From contig NC_042997.1 of NCBI RefSeq assembly GCF_006345805.1, forward strand, positions 8,494,001 to 8,558,000: DNA of 64,000 nucleotides, in the 5' to 3' direction. The notes under the pieces were generated by a model, which was given only the letters and a program-made list of their open reading frames with translations, made no database searches and had not been told where the DNA came from. Numbering within the stretch: position 1 is the first letter of the stretch; each line of letters starts with the position of its first letter. This DNA is from Octopus sinensis. Taxonomy: Eukaryota. Made by a program: the position numbers and the translations under genes. Below are positions 1-12,568 of this stretch, piece by piece.

Positions 1-336
1 TGAACTACAACATAACCAACAGTCACACACTCATGTACACACTTTCCTTATTAACTTCGCTGCTGTTCAGAAGAGCAACATTGAAGTGATTGATGTAGTA
101 ATTAACAGCAAAAATATTCTAAGGGGGCAATATTTTGCAGCACTCTTACCAAAAACACCCGTTGATAGAATAACAATAGAAGCCGATACTAATACGTATC
201 TGCACTTAGGGAAAAAATTTCTCAGGACATCGGAGTGTTCAGCAAGTGCCTCCAAAAAGCTTATTAGAGAAAAGGAAGGCTGAAGACCAAGGTAAATAAT
301 CTCTTCATTTTCTTTTCTCTAACCTAAATGGCTATA

Positions 337-1705
337 CTTAAAATAGAATAGGCTATGTAAATGTCTGAGACAAGGGTTCGGCTTAGAAGCAGGACCACTT
401 GCTCAACGATCTCAATCCGTTCAACATAGATGTGATAACCATCAGCGAGACAAGAATTTTTAGCGCACACACTAACACACATTCTCGACGACTATGAGGT
501 ATTCTTATCTTGTTGCGCAGCAGGATAGCACTGCTATTCAAAAATCCTTATATTTCAAAGTATGGGCAATCTTCTAGACCCAGACAGTTGGTTTTAATGG
601 TAGTGAAGGTGGTGCCTTTAGACGGATAGCCGTTTATAATAAGACAGGAGCTGGAAGGCTAGATTTTTTCAGGTATCAGGAAATATTCATGGGATCGTCT
701 CGCTCTTTAGTAGTAGTGGGGCTAGAATTGTATTTTGGATGCACAGAATGTGGGGGCTAGTGAATAGCAGAAGCGGGTGCAAAAGTTTCGAAAACCTGCA
801 CAGAAACGTTTCAGCTGTCTTATAGTACCTACCAGACATATGAAACGCTTGTGAGCAGGTTTTTCCTGATGTGCCAGAGTGAATAAGGAGCAACCATTAT
901 GGTTTATCCATATCCTATACCGATAGAGTATTTGTTAAGCAATTCGAAACTGGTTGACTACAGAGGCCACAAATTTACGACTTGCTTAGTCGATTTAGAT
1001 AGGACCCGTATACAGGAATCTGGAATGCGCCCTTACCGGCAAGCAAAGACTATAGGGTCCAGGTTACTGAACTAGTTAAGTGGTAGTTGACGGGGGCAAT
1101 CGACAACATCTGATGATTCTATTCTAATTGCTTTGAAGAGTGCAGTAAGAATAGAACCAGTAGCTTTTGGTAACTTACTAGCTGCAAGAATGACCCTTGA
1201 CCATTTGAGACGAAACACAAAGGCTGCGTTATCAGAGCTAAGGCACATGCATTCAAGCACGAGGGAACTTTATCAGATCTAAGATACATGCGCTTAGATA
1301 CATGGATCCAAACAGTGGAGACATGATATAGCAACAAAACTACAATTAGAGTTTTGACGGACGGGGAAGAGTGCCTGCTGCTCGGTTCCGAACAGATATG
1401 CGTGGCTTTCCAGCAGCACTTTGCCCGACATTTTGAGGAAGGCAATCTCTATCAGGTCTATCCACAACCTCTACTTTATGCGACACATCATTGAGAGGTC
1501 TGGGACCAAAGCTGGTTTTGGAGGGACCCAGATCAATTTGGATCAGTCTAAAGCATTCTTAGAAGCTGTCCTGGAATCGACCAGGTTAGAACTCGTTTTC
1601 AGAGGCTTGATCGCTGCAATACACAGTGGTACCGGCTCAGTGATCAAAGTAAACAGCTACCAATCGGAAACGTTTTGCATCACACGTTCGTTCAGAACTT
1701 CCCAC
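337..1705 (+). mobile_element. Decayed Tx1/L1-clade LINE ORF2 (APE endonuclease and part of RT, internally deleted)
   Basis: From ~345 it translates IGYVNV*...LLNDLNPFNIDVITISETR (APE start). From ~1450 it gives RSIHNLYFMRHIIERSG...INLDQSKAF (RT motif). Many stops and frameshifts. Confidence 0.85.
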
Positions 1706-2169
1706 TCTCGCCTGTTCTGTATGAGGGTTAAAATTATGAACATTATTCGAAGAATGGATTCTTTGGCTTTAAGTGTAGAGACCTTTTCTTTTGAAAATAT
1801 TGTATCATATTTTAACCATTGTAAGACTATGGTAGAATCCAAATTCCATTATTTAACTTTCAACTGCTTTGAACTGAAGTATTTTCTTGTAGAGCTGACC
1901 TCATGACATCTTCTGACAAGATTAACAATATTGGATTTTGATACCGTAATCCGCTTTGCCATTGAAAACTTGAGCCTGAGCAAGAAACTTAAAATCACAA
2001 AATGCAGGCTAAAATATACATCTCAAAGAGAAGAAATAAACTGATACAGATTTTTGCCACACTTGACTAGTCTTCTCTGGAGTTACAACACAACCAAAGA
2101 TATACGCTGAGTGGCCATTTTCATAGTAAGTATAGCAAACTGGTTGTGTCAATGATCCCAGGTTCAAAA

Positions 2170-2295
2170 GCACTGCTTTTTGTATTTCATAGTGTTGGGG
2201 TGCTTATATATAGGAAAAGGAAATACAGTTAGATCAAAGACTTCTTGCAGATCAAAGGCTTGCAGAAAATCAATAGCTAATCAAAACATTTAGCG
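2170..2295 (+). mobile_element. Possible Penelope-like GIY-YIG endonuclease relic
   Basis: Frameshifted reading FCIS*C..CLYIGK.. then LADQRLAENQ resembles the PLE motif YCI.C..C...YIGET.R.L..R..EH. Confidence 0.3.
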
Positions 2296-2307
2296 AATTT
2301 GGGAGAG

Positions 2308-2775
2308 ACACGGAAGATGTGGGAGGCCCGAGAAAATGTGGGACGAAGTGGTGAGAAAGGATCTGCAGACGCTGAGCCTTACTGAGCAGATGACAAGAGA
2401 CCGGGACTTGTGGCAAGTTGCTGTACTTCAGAAGACACATCGAGCCAAGTAAAATTACGGCCATCCATTCATACAGGCATATCTTTTCCAGGTGCCAGTG
2501 CACCATAAGATTCACTCGTGCCAGTGTTACGTATATGCAACCGAGCTTGTGGCACGTAAAAAGCACCCAGTACACTTTGTAACGTGTTTGGCGTTAAGAA
2601 GGGCATCCAGCTGTAGAAACCATGCCAAAATAGACAATTGGAGTTTGGACACCTCTTCAGCTGGCCAACCCCTGACAAACCGTCCAACCCATGCCAGCAT
2701 GGAAAACAGACGATGACCACCCCCACGATGACGACGACGATGATGATGATGATGATGATGACAACGATGATGATG
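2308..2775 (+). mobile_element. RTE LINE 3' end (ORF C-terminus, 3' UTR, GAT tail)
   Basis: GRPEKMWDEVVRKDLQTLSLTEQMTRDRDLWQVAV, then a UTR ending ccaacccatgccagcatggaaa and (GAT/GAC)n. Confidence 0.9.
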
Positions 2776-3550
2776 GATTATCAGGACTATGAACGTGATA
2801 CTTGAGTATTTCCTCCACTACTACCTTGACTCAGAAAACCAAAGTGCAGATTCTGAATACATCCCTAAAAAAAAATAGATCCTCATTGACTCCCTATTTG
2901 AAATTTGAGAGGATCTCCCAATCTGGGATCCCCAAAACAGTTTTGTTCCATCTCACTAAGATTTTCTCAAAGGCCCTTCTACCACTGTGCTGTATGTTGA
3001 TGGGGACAGACAGAGAAGAAATTCTGTGAAAGAAAGCTCCAGTCATCATGTGAACTCGATGCTAAGCACACTTGGTGTGAGTTTTAACCAGGAGTAATTT
3101 GATTTTATATAATTCTTTTATATTCTCTATTTTCTGTTAAATAACCCTCACACATTAAAAAGTATTATATAATTTGCCACAAAACAAAATGAATAAAATA
3201 TTTTTTTGTATTTTACCTCAATAAAAATTTATTTGAATAATTTCTATTATTTTGCCTAATAAAGAATAAATAAATGAACGAAAAATCGTATTTTATATAG
3301 TATAAATTATTCCATTAATATTTTTTAATTATTTTATCTCATAAAAATACAAAGTAAAGAACTTGATATTGAAACTTATTTCCACCAAAATAAATTTCCA
3401 TAATCTAAACTCAGTACAACATTAAATTCTTTTTTGCCAGCCACAGCATAGCCAAATAAACTAATTTGTTGTTTATTCGTTTGATAATTTTTTTTTTTTA
3501 TTATTACTTGGGAAATTAGATGTGTGTGCGGTTTCTCTTTGTTTAAATAG

Positions 3551-3730
3551 TATCCTACTTATTGCCAAAGATGTTCTCGCCGAGGCAATTATGTCTTCGT
3601 TTTTATCGACATAGTATAAAAAAGCACACGTATAAAAAGTGGTTGACCTATGTGGTTCACCCATCCCATAAATTCCACACTACACCAATAGCACCAGATA
3701 CTCAAGTGATCATTGTCCTGGAAGACTCTG
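3551..3730 (+). CDS. Candidate 180-nt coding exon of an unknown gene
   Basis: Acceptor tttctctttgtttaaatag|, donor ctg|gtaaag, one open frame (phase 1-1, internal ATG 3571: MFSPRQLCLRFYRHSIKKHTYKKWLTYVVHPSHKFHTTPIAPDTQVIIVLEDS). Non-repetitive and CpG-retaining. No homology recognised. Confidence 0.25.
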
Positions 3731-3995
3731 GTAAAGTTATTACTGTTTTTCTCTTTCAATCTCAGTCAGTATTGAACTATGAACTAGTGTAATTATTACA
3801 CTTTAATAGTCAGTTGCAATTGTTTAGCCCAAGTCTACTCTCTATGTTTAAATCCCGTCCAACCGTGGCCAATCCATCTTCTTCCAACCATAATGAATTC
3901 CATCTAACGTAATCCAATCAATTTACATGTGCGAAAATTTTTCTGATCTTGAAGAGTTTGCAGCAATACCAACAGTACCACAACTGCCACGAATT

Positions 3996-3996
<1 letters not shown>

Positions 3997-4040
<44 letters not shown>

Positions 4041-4077
4041 TTACTACTACTGCTGCTGTTGCTGCTACTACTACTAC
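3997..4077. repeat. (CTA)n microsatellite
   Basis: Visible tandem actactact interrupted by gct. Confidence 0.95.
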
Positions 4078-4456
4078 TTTTTGCTTTTGACATGAGCTAA
4101 TTTTTTGTTGAAGAAAATATAGTTGGTAAGAATTTGTTCTCATGTCGACAGTCAGATAAAAGATTTTGTTCTATGTTGAGTATCTGAAAGGATAATTACT
4201 AAGTAAAGTTATGTGAATTCAGAGTGAAAAATTGCACAAACAGAATACACACACACATACACACAAGTATATGCATATATAATCAAAATAAGCACTAGAA
4301 GCAGCTCTTGGACAAAAGTTTTATCGATAAACATACTCAACATATGTGTTTTTTTGAAAAGACAAAGCTCATAGTTTAAACTGGAAAAATCCCTTTTACA
4401 GAAGTATTGCGTCAAAAACAAAGTTATCCTTCAAACCTAAGCGAATTGAAATCACC

Positions 4457-4473
4457 CAGGAAGTGACCACGTG
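4457..4473. promoter_or_regulatory. Adjacent ETS-like (CAGGAAGTG) and E-box (CACGTG) motifs
   Basis: caggaagtgaccacgtg in a unique, CpG-retaining segment. Motif match only. Confidence 0.15.
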
Positions 4474-4944
4474 AGCAACAGGTGCATGCTTTGATGTATA
4501 TATAACTTGTCATTGTTACATACACGCATCGCTTCTGAAATGAGTTTGAAGTAAACAAGACACTACTAAGTCTGAATAAAATTCGAAATATGCAATAGAA
4601 GCTGCTCTAAAGTAAAATCTTTATTTCTATGCATATAGTCAGCCTTAGTGATGCTATTGCAAACATGTGTTTTGTTATACACTCTCTCTATATACTTCAG
4701 CCTGTCCGTTTCTACCTCGTGTTAGAAGTAACAGGCATACATGACTCTAACAAGCCACAGAGAAAGAGAAATATGCACCTGCCGTTCTTTAACTCCTTTT
4801 TGGGCGATTTCATTCCACTTAGCTCTGAGGTATACTGCCCTTTTTAACACAGTATGTCTATAAAGGGATTTTAACCAGATAAAAATTGCATTATCTGGCT
4901 TTTAAATGATGCACATACATTAAGTACGTCCAGTACATCACTAT

Positions 4945-5340
4945 CATCATCATCGTCATCATGATTTGCACTTGTATTTGTCAAATGGAATTTATTGAGG
5001 CAGATTTTCAACAGCTGTTTATGCCACCTTGTCCCTAGCCCTCACCTGTTTCCTAGCATGACAATATTTTCTGTGGCAGACATGTTTCTCATGGAAGACA
5101 GAAAACAAACAAGGAAGTCATTTTATAACCTGACATCACGTGATGTCAAAACCAAGCTACATACAAACAAACACACACATATATACAGATACACATCATA
5201 TACCAATTGCTTTCACAATGCTTTGGCTATTCCAGAGCTTTACAAGAATATTAGTAGAATTATTAGAAATATTTGGTAGAATTTAGTAGAATTATCCGTA
5301 GAAGACTCTTGCCTAAGTCACTGAGTTACAACCATGCCAG
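4945..5340 (-). mobile_element. Degenerate SINE with type-A head and RTE-like tail
   Basis: Similar to 7505-7965 and 33468-33920 (cctcacctgtttcc..agc, tgatgtcaa..ac, gtagaagactcttgcc). Confidence 0.6.
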
Positions 5341-5880
5341 GGTATCATCTTTAAAAGTTTAGCAAATCCGATGGTGTTCAGTACTTATTTTTAAGCCAAA
5401 TTCTTATTACAGTGATTTCTATTTGTGGAACCATTTAGTTGTGAGATGTACATAAAATAGACATAAATAATCACACACACACGTACAGCTTCTGCTTTTG
5501 GGGCCACAAGTGAGAGATAAGTGACTGGTGAAAAGCAAAACAGCCAAACCACTTTTAAAAGATTAAAACATGCCACTTCACTACTACACATTCTACTTCT
5601 TCTATTGGACACTCCTTGCATTCCATAAACTAAATATGCATTTATATAATTGCATAAATATATGCTTTGAATATTAACCATCTTTTTTCAATGATAGATA
5701 TGGTCAGTGAGTGTTTTGTACATATTATTAATATACAAAAATGAAGCATCGCAGAAATTTTACTTTATAACAATCTTTCATCTAAACCTGCCGTGTTTTC
5801 TGATAATCATTAATAAATTTCTTAGCCGTTCAAATTGTAACAAGAAAATTAAATTAAAAATCACCTGACAAACAACTTAC

Positions 5881-5907
5881 AGTGAAATATACACCCACTG
5901 ATAAAAC
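5881..5907 (-). CDS. Candidate 27-nt microexon
   Basis: Minus strand cttcattacttcctgcag|gttttatcagtgggtgtatatttcact|gtaagt. Strong splice sites, length a multiple of 3, open in all frames. Confidence 0.25.
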
Positions 5908-6072
5908 CTGCAGGAAGTAATGAAGATCAACATAACATTCATCAACCATTAGGAAATCTTGTTAGATTTTTACCTTGACCACTGAAGTCCAAAACTTATA
6001 TAACATATTTATGTATAAATATATGTATATATACATATATTTGAAAATCTGTAACATACTCACTGACACATA

Positions 6073-6480
6073 GGTGCAGGAGTGGCTGTGTGGTAAGTAG
6101 CTTGCTAACCAACCACATGGTTCCGGGTTCAGTCCCACTGCGTGGCATCTTGGGCAAGTGTCTTCTACTATAGCCTCGGGCCAACCAAAGCCTTGTGAGT
6201 GGATTTGGTAGACGGAAACTGAAAGAAGCCTGTCGTATATATGTATATATATATATATGTATGTGTGTGTATATGTTTGTGTGTCTGTGTTTGTCCCTCT
6301 AGCATTGCTTGACGACCGATGCTGGTGTGGTTACGTCCCTGTCACTTAGCGGTTCGGCAAAAGAGACCGATAGAATAAGTACTGGGCTTACAAAGAGTAA
6401 GTCCCGGGGTCGATTTGCTCAGCTAAAGGCGGTGCTCCAGCATGGCCGCAGTCAAATGACTGAAACAAGTAAAAAAGAGT
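6073..6480 (+). mobile_element. SINE type A (dominant octopus tRNA-derived SINE), full length
   Basis: tRNA-like head (tggctgtgtggtaag, gggttcagtccc), CORE-like cttgggcaagt, central (TA)/(TG) tract, tail gactgaaacaagtaaaa. More than ten copies in the window. Confidence 0.95.
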
Positions 6481-7504
6481 TAAAAACAATAAAAAAAGAG
6501 ACATACTGATACAGAAACACACACATATATGCATACACAGAAACTCATTCATACATACACCCATATACATAGTATATTTTGAACACATAAATGCATACAC
6601 ATACGTTATGAGTTATATCTTTGACAAAGCCATCTACTATTTTGGCAAGACCAAATTCACCTGCAGATGTTTTTCTGTTTGGTGATTTCTCTCTCTCTCT
6701 CTCTTTTCTATCATTCCTACATAAATTAAGGATGTTATGTCAGAGTGGATTAGTTTTAGAACTATCTATTCCTAGACTATGCATTAAAATCTGCAGCAGG
6801 CATTATAACGTTTTTTGGAGAACATAGACTTTACACTACATTACCTCAGTTCACCTAAATGCAGATAAATAAATATCAGCTCATCTGAGAATATTACTTA
6901 TAATGGTCAATGTCCTTTTCTGAAGAGAAATTTTCTCTCATCTACTTCATTACTTCATACCTCTAAAAGACAAATGTAGGCACTTGCAATGCTTTTCTTT
7001 TCCAGACGCCTCTTCTTAATTGCATCAGTTTTCTAAACAGTAGACTGTCTAGCAACAAATTAATGTAAAAAGTTAACAGTTAATTGTATGTGCAAATATA
7101 GTCAATTTCAGTAAACTGCATAAGAATTTTTTTATGATTTTCAATAAACAAATAATTGGTGAAATGTAGCAAAAAATTGAATGTTTATTTGATTCAAAAT
7201 GAGTAAAATGAATCTGAAAGCTACTAAGAATATCAAAGTTTAGTTTCCAGTCAATTTTTCTCTTATTTTTAATTGTACAATAATATTCTTTAATAAATAA
7301 ATAAATCTTTATTGTTGAAATTTGTAAAAAGATAGTAATGAGTCAAGTGGTAAATGAGTGTTATTTTGTTATCTCATTCATCAGTTACATTAGCCTGTGA
7401 TTGACCTAATTTAATCATTATTAGCTCTCAAAACACTTGCTGTGAGTATTGAGTGATTCATTGATAGATGTATGATACTGGCCAAACTTAAGAATCATGT
7501 TCAA

Positions 7505-7965
7505 CATAATCAACATCATTGTATTCATCGTCATTGTTCTAATGTCCCCTTTTTCATACCTGCAATAAGTCAGTTGGAATCCACTGAGGCAGATTGCCAA
7601 TGACTGGACGTCCTTCCTCTCACCAACCCACACCTGTTTCCAAGCAAGGCAATATTCCTGTGAAAGACTGAAAATGAATGGCATTATTCATATGACAGTG
7701 AAACTAGTTTAAAACTATCGCATGATGTCATGTCAAGACAACAGATACATAAACACACACATGCACACACATGCAAACACACACACATACACAAACATTC
7801 ATCCACACACACACTCACACATATATATATATGATAGGCTTCTTTCAGTTTTTGTCAACTAAAGCAATTTTCAAGGCTTTAGTTGACCCAGGGCTAAAGT
7901 AGAAGATACTTACTAAAATCACTGCACAGTGGAGCTGAATTCAAGCCACATGGTTGGGAAGCAAG
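7505..7965 (-). mobile_element. SINE with type-A head and RTE-like tail
   Basis: Reverse-complement A head at 7835-7965, CA tract, then a tail ending in CAT-like repeats. Confidence 0.75.
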
Positions 7966-8029
7966 ATTTTCAAAGTATTTAAAAGATTCATAGGGATAAA
8001 TGGAACAACTGCTTTGCTAATGAACACCA

Positions 8030-8290
8030 GTCGATGCATGTGGCTTAGTGGTTAGTGTGTTGGACTCATGATCGTAAGATTGTGGTTTCAATTCCTGGAC
8101 CAGGCAATGCATTGTGTTCTTGAGCATAATACTTAATTCCCCAAGGCTCCAGTCCACTCAGCTTGCAAAAAATGAGTAATCCTGCAACAGACTGCTGTCC
8201 CATCCAGGTGGGGAATTTATACATCATGGTAATCAGGAAACCAGCTCTTATGAGTCAGCATGACTCAGGAAGATAACTTTACCTTTTTTA
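8030..8290 (+). mobile_element. SINE type D (tRNA head, ttgtgttcttgagc core)
   Basis: gtggcttagtggttagtgtg...ggtttcaattcc...ttgtgttcttgagca. Similar to 56633. Confidence 0.8.
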
Positions 8291-8329
8291 GCTTTAATGA
8301 GCATCAAAGAAAAAGAAGGCTTTGGCTAC

Positions 8330-9700
8330 ATCATCATCATCATCATCATAATCATCATTGTTTAACGTCCGTTTTCCATGCAGGGATGAGTTGGACGGTT
8401 CGACTGGGGTCTGGGAAGCCAGGCGGCTGCACCAGGCCCCAGTCTGATCTGGCAGTGTTTCTACAGCTGGATGCCTTTCCTAACGTCAACCACTCTGAGA
8501 GTGTAGTGGGTGCTTTCTACATGACAATGGCACAAGGGCCAGGGGAGCTGGCATCGACCATGATTGGATGGTGCATTTTACTTGCCACCAGCATGGAGGC
8601 CAGTTAAAGTGGCACTGGCATTAGCCACGTTTGGATGGTGCTTTTTACATGCTACCGGCAAGGGGGTCACAACTACAATTTCCATTTGATTTGATTTTAA
8701 TACTGATGTTGATGTTGATGTACTTGACTCAATAGGTTTCCTCAAGCACAGCATGTTGCCCTACGATCCAAGGTACTTTTGAGTGGGCTGGTTATGCAAC
8801 ATTGGTATAGGTTACAGCTGTGGACTCACTTTATTTATCAGGTCTTCTCAATCACAGCATATCTCCAGAGGTCTCGGTCTTTTGTCATTGCCTCTGTGAG
8901 GCCCAACATTTGAAGGTCATGCTTCACTACCTCATCCCATGTCTTTCTGGGTCTCCCTTTTCCCCAGATTCCCTCCACTGTTTGGGATTTCTCTCAGGGT
9001 GCATACACTCTGTTGTGTGCACACTGACATCCAGCGGATCATGCAAGCTTCATTTCTTTTGAGCCTACGCATGTCTTCAGCAGTCATGGCCCATGTTTCA
9101 CTGCCGTGAAGCATGGCAGTTCGTACACATGCCTCATATAATCTACCTTTCACTCTGAGTGAGAGGCTCTTTGTCACCAGGAGGGGTAGAAGCTTTCTGA
9201 ACTTTCCCAAGGCTATTCTTATTCTGGTGTTAACACTCTCTGAGCATCCAACTACACTACATACTTAGTCACCTAGGTAGTGGAAGCTATCAACTACTTC
9301 TAGTTTCTCCCCTTGGCATGTGATGGAATCTGTTTTCTGAGCATCTGTGGTGTTTATTGCTCATGTGCACCTGCTGCACACAAAAGCTATCTTCCCAGTT
9401 AATCTTCCTTTGATGTTGCTGCACCTCTTATGTGTCCATAGCTTACACTGGGTACATCTTATGTAATTTCTACCTACACCTTTTCTACAGATCGTGTAGG
9501 GCCACCTACCTGAAGGGGTGTGTGATGTGTTCACCTTCCTACTTACTAGAACTTTGGTTTTGCAACATTGCTTCTGAGGAACTTCGATTCTAAACCTTGT
9601 CCTGGTAGTGATTCTGCTATGAGGACCAGGTCATCAGCATAGGGGAGCTCCCAGGGGCAACCTGTCTAGAATTCCTCTGTTATTGCCTGGAGGACTATAG
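8330..9700 (-). mobile_element. 5'-truncated RTE LINE (RT C-terminal part and 3' UTR)
   Basis: Minus translation GCPWELPYADDLVLIAES and KFRKLLPLLVTKSLSLRVKGRLYEACVRTAMLHGSETW. (CAT)n tail at 8330. Confidence 0.95.
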
Positions 9701-9847
9701 AGTATAAATATATTAACTGTTGTCTTATGAAGTAGTAAGTTTAACATTACTGAATTTGGAATAAACCCACGTGGTACCCTCTGGCCAATATAATATATGG
9801 ATTATATTTATTCATGTAGAGCATCAAGAAGATGGGAAAACAAAAGA

Positions 9848-10745
9848 ATGGCAGCAAAGAAAAAGAAACAACTTTGCAATTACTGACCAGTATGAAGTAG
9901 CTACACCACTAAACAAGATGTCCTGGGTAAATTTGGCTAAATATAAATTGTGATATTCTCAATTCCAAATGTCCAGACTGGCTTCTGCAAAAGAAGAAAC
10001 TATGACAAACAATCATCATCATCATCGTTTAACGTCCGTTTTCCATGCTAGCATGGGTTGGACAGTTCGACCGGGGTCTGGGAAGCCAGGAGGCTGCACC
10101 AGGCACCAGTCTGGTTTGGCAATGTTTCTACAGCTGGATGCCCTTCCTAATGCCAACCATTCTATAAGTGTAGTGGGTGCTTTTTACGTGCCACCAGCAT
10201 AGGGGCCAGAGGAGGCTGGCAAACAGCCACGATCAGTTGGTGCTTTTACGTGTCACCCACATGGACGCCAGTCAGGCAGTGCTGGCATCGGCCCCGTTCA
10301 GACGGTGCTTTTAACGTGTCACTGGCACGGGTATCTTAACTACAATTTCCACTTGATTTTCATAGCAAAAACTAAATGTAAAGGTCCAGAGATGCTGCCT
10401 TTAGAGATGTAGATACAACCCTTGCTGAAAAAAATGTGTTGATCCCCTTCTGCCATAATGATGGAAAAACAATTTCAAGATTATGTGGCCCAGCATTATC
10501 TTGTTCATGAATGTTGATAATGAATGATCTACAAATAGAAAGATCAACAGGTTGTAATAAGGTTGATGGCAAAGATGTTATGCAATCTACATCAATGACA
10601 GACTCACACTGTTATGAGTGAGAAGATGCATAAAAGAGAACAACTGTGAAAATATTGACAGTTTTTATGCTATTGAAGATTTGTGCAAATCACTAGCAGC
10701 TAGAAGTCATAAACAGACAAAGATCAAAGAATTTATCAACTGGAT
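9848..10745 (+). mobile_element. Tigger/pogo transposase relic (CENP-B HTH and C-terminus), interrupted by an RTE fragment
   Basis: MAAKKK../DQYEV..LNKMS..SQFQMSRLASAKEE; after the RTE, RSRDAAFRDVDTTL..KNV../SAIMMEK; C-terminal KQTKIKEFI. The DDE core is missing. Confidence 0.7.
10012..10360 (-). mobile_element. RTE LINE 3' UTR fragment
   Basis: Closely matches 8343-8700. CAT tail. Confidence 0.9.
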
Positions 10746-11270
10746 ACTAAAGTGACATTTAAAATTTCATGCAAATGCAAGCTACATCTTTATCACTTAT
10801 ACATGAAACAGATTAAAACATAGATACTTGAACAAAAGAAAGAAAAATACTATCTACAGTAAATGTATGAAATTATTTATTTCTTAAGGAAAATTATTGT
10901 AGATGAATTAAATATACAATTTGAAAGTGAACAATTGTGTCTGTAATAATTCTATAATAATTTGAATAATTAAATATTATTATTTCCTGCTGCATCAAAA
11001 CAACATTCCTTTTGTTTTATAATAATAAATTACACAGTATAATTGATTTTTGATTTATTAAGTAAACACATAAACCACACAAGTATAATGAAAACACAAT
11101 ACCTTATGAGTGGTTATATTTATCCCATTCAATGCAAATTTTAATCATTGAGAACATACAAAGTAAAATTACAGATTATGCAGTAACACTATTACCTCAG
11201 AAATTGTTGCATGCAGATTTCACTTCTTTCCATACTTTCTTCTAAGATTATCTTATGGATCACATATTAA

Positions 11271-11490
11271 CCCTTTCATTACTGTATTTATTTTGAGATG
11301 TTCTGTGTTTCTTTCAATTACTTTAAATATAACAAAGAATTTAGTAAAATAACTTAGTTATCATTGAGCTAGTGTTAGGAACATAAATTGTGACTAAGGT
11401 TTGGTGGAAGATTTGAATTCAAAACTTATGAAAACAAGACATTTGTACTCAGAGCCAGAGCCGGTTTCAGCCGGGTTAGTAACGAAAGGG
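11271..11490. mobile_element. piggyBac-type MITE (220 bp)
   Basis: TTAA TSDs at 11267-70 and 11491-94. TIRs ccctttcattac / gtaacgaaaggg. Three copies in the window. Confidence 0.9.
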
Positions 11491-12196
11491 TTAAATCCAT
11501 TCTACTATTATCTTTTCCAACAACTTGATAATTTATAAATAACCGTTTCATCTATAATCCACTAAGGATAGATTCTGCTCTTATCTTAGTCTTTTACAGT
11601 ATTTCACTTATTGGACTGTGACTATAGAGGGCTTCAGGGGTTTTATCAAATTATATTGAGCCTGGTACTTTTCTAGGTATTTATTCTATAAAACCCATCA
11701 AATACGAAGTAGGGATGGACATTGGTGTAACGAGAGATAACAAGATAACTTGAAGGACACAAATACCATAATTGTATTTCCATTTCAATGCACCAGCTTT
11801 GCTCCCCCAACACTAATATAAACACAGTTTATATTAAAGAGACTGATAGAAAAGTACATACAGAAAAGTACATGCAAGTTCACTCATACAGAAAGGCACA
11901 TACACACACACACACACACAGGCAGATACACATCCACTTATACAAGCAGGTACACAAACACACACACATACACACAGACAGATACAGACACACAGAGGCA
12001 CTCACACACACACTCACATACACACACTCACACACACACACACTCACACACACGCACATGCATACGATAGGCTTGTTCCCATATTCCCTTCATAGAGTAT
12101 TCAGTCAATCTGAGTTCATTGTCAAAAGTCTTGCCCCAAAGTGTCAGGCAATGAAATAGAACCCATGATGAGATATCTGCAATTACTCTTAGCGTC

Positions 12197-12568
12197 TACT
12201 CTTTTGTTGCAATCATTTTACTGTGGCCATGCTGGAGCACTGCCTTTAGTCAAGCAAATCGACCCCAGGACTTATTCTTTGTAAGCCTAGTACTTATTCT
12301 ATCAGTCTCTTTTGCCGAACCACTAAGTTACGGTGACATAAACACACCAGCATGGGTTGTCAAGCGATGTTGTGGGGACAAACAAAGACACACAAACATA
12401 TGCACACGCATACACATATATACATACATATATACGACAGGCTTCTTTCAGTTTCCGTCAAACCAAATCCACTCACAAGGCTTTGGTCGGCCCAAGGCTA
12501 TAGTAGAAGACACTTGCCCAAGGTGCCATGCAGTGGGACTGAACCTGGAACCACACAGCTACTCTTAC
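12197..12568 (-). mobile_element. SINE type A
   Basis: Reverse complement of the type A consensus with a small head deletion. Confidence 0.92.

Noticed and set aside
10372-10572. Minus-strand LLQPVDLSICRSF resembling a DDE_1 motif
   Set aside because: The plus strand gives ordered Tigger N- and C-terminal motifs, so the minus match is probably chance.
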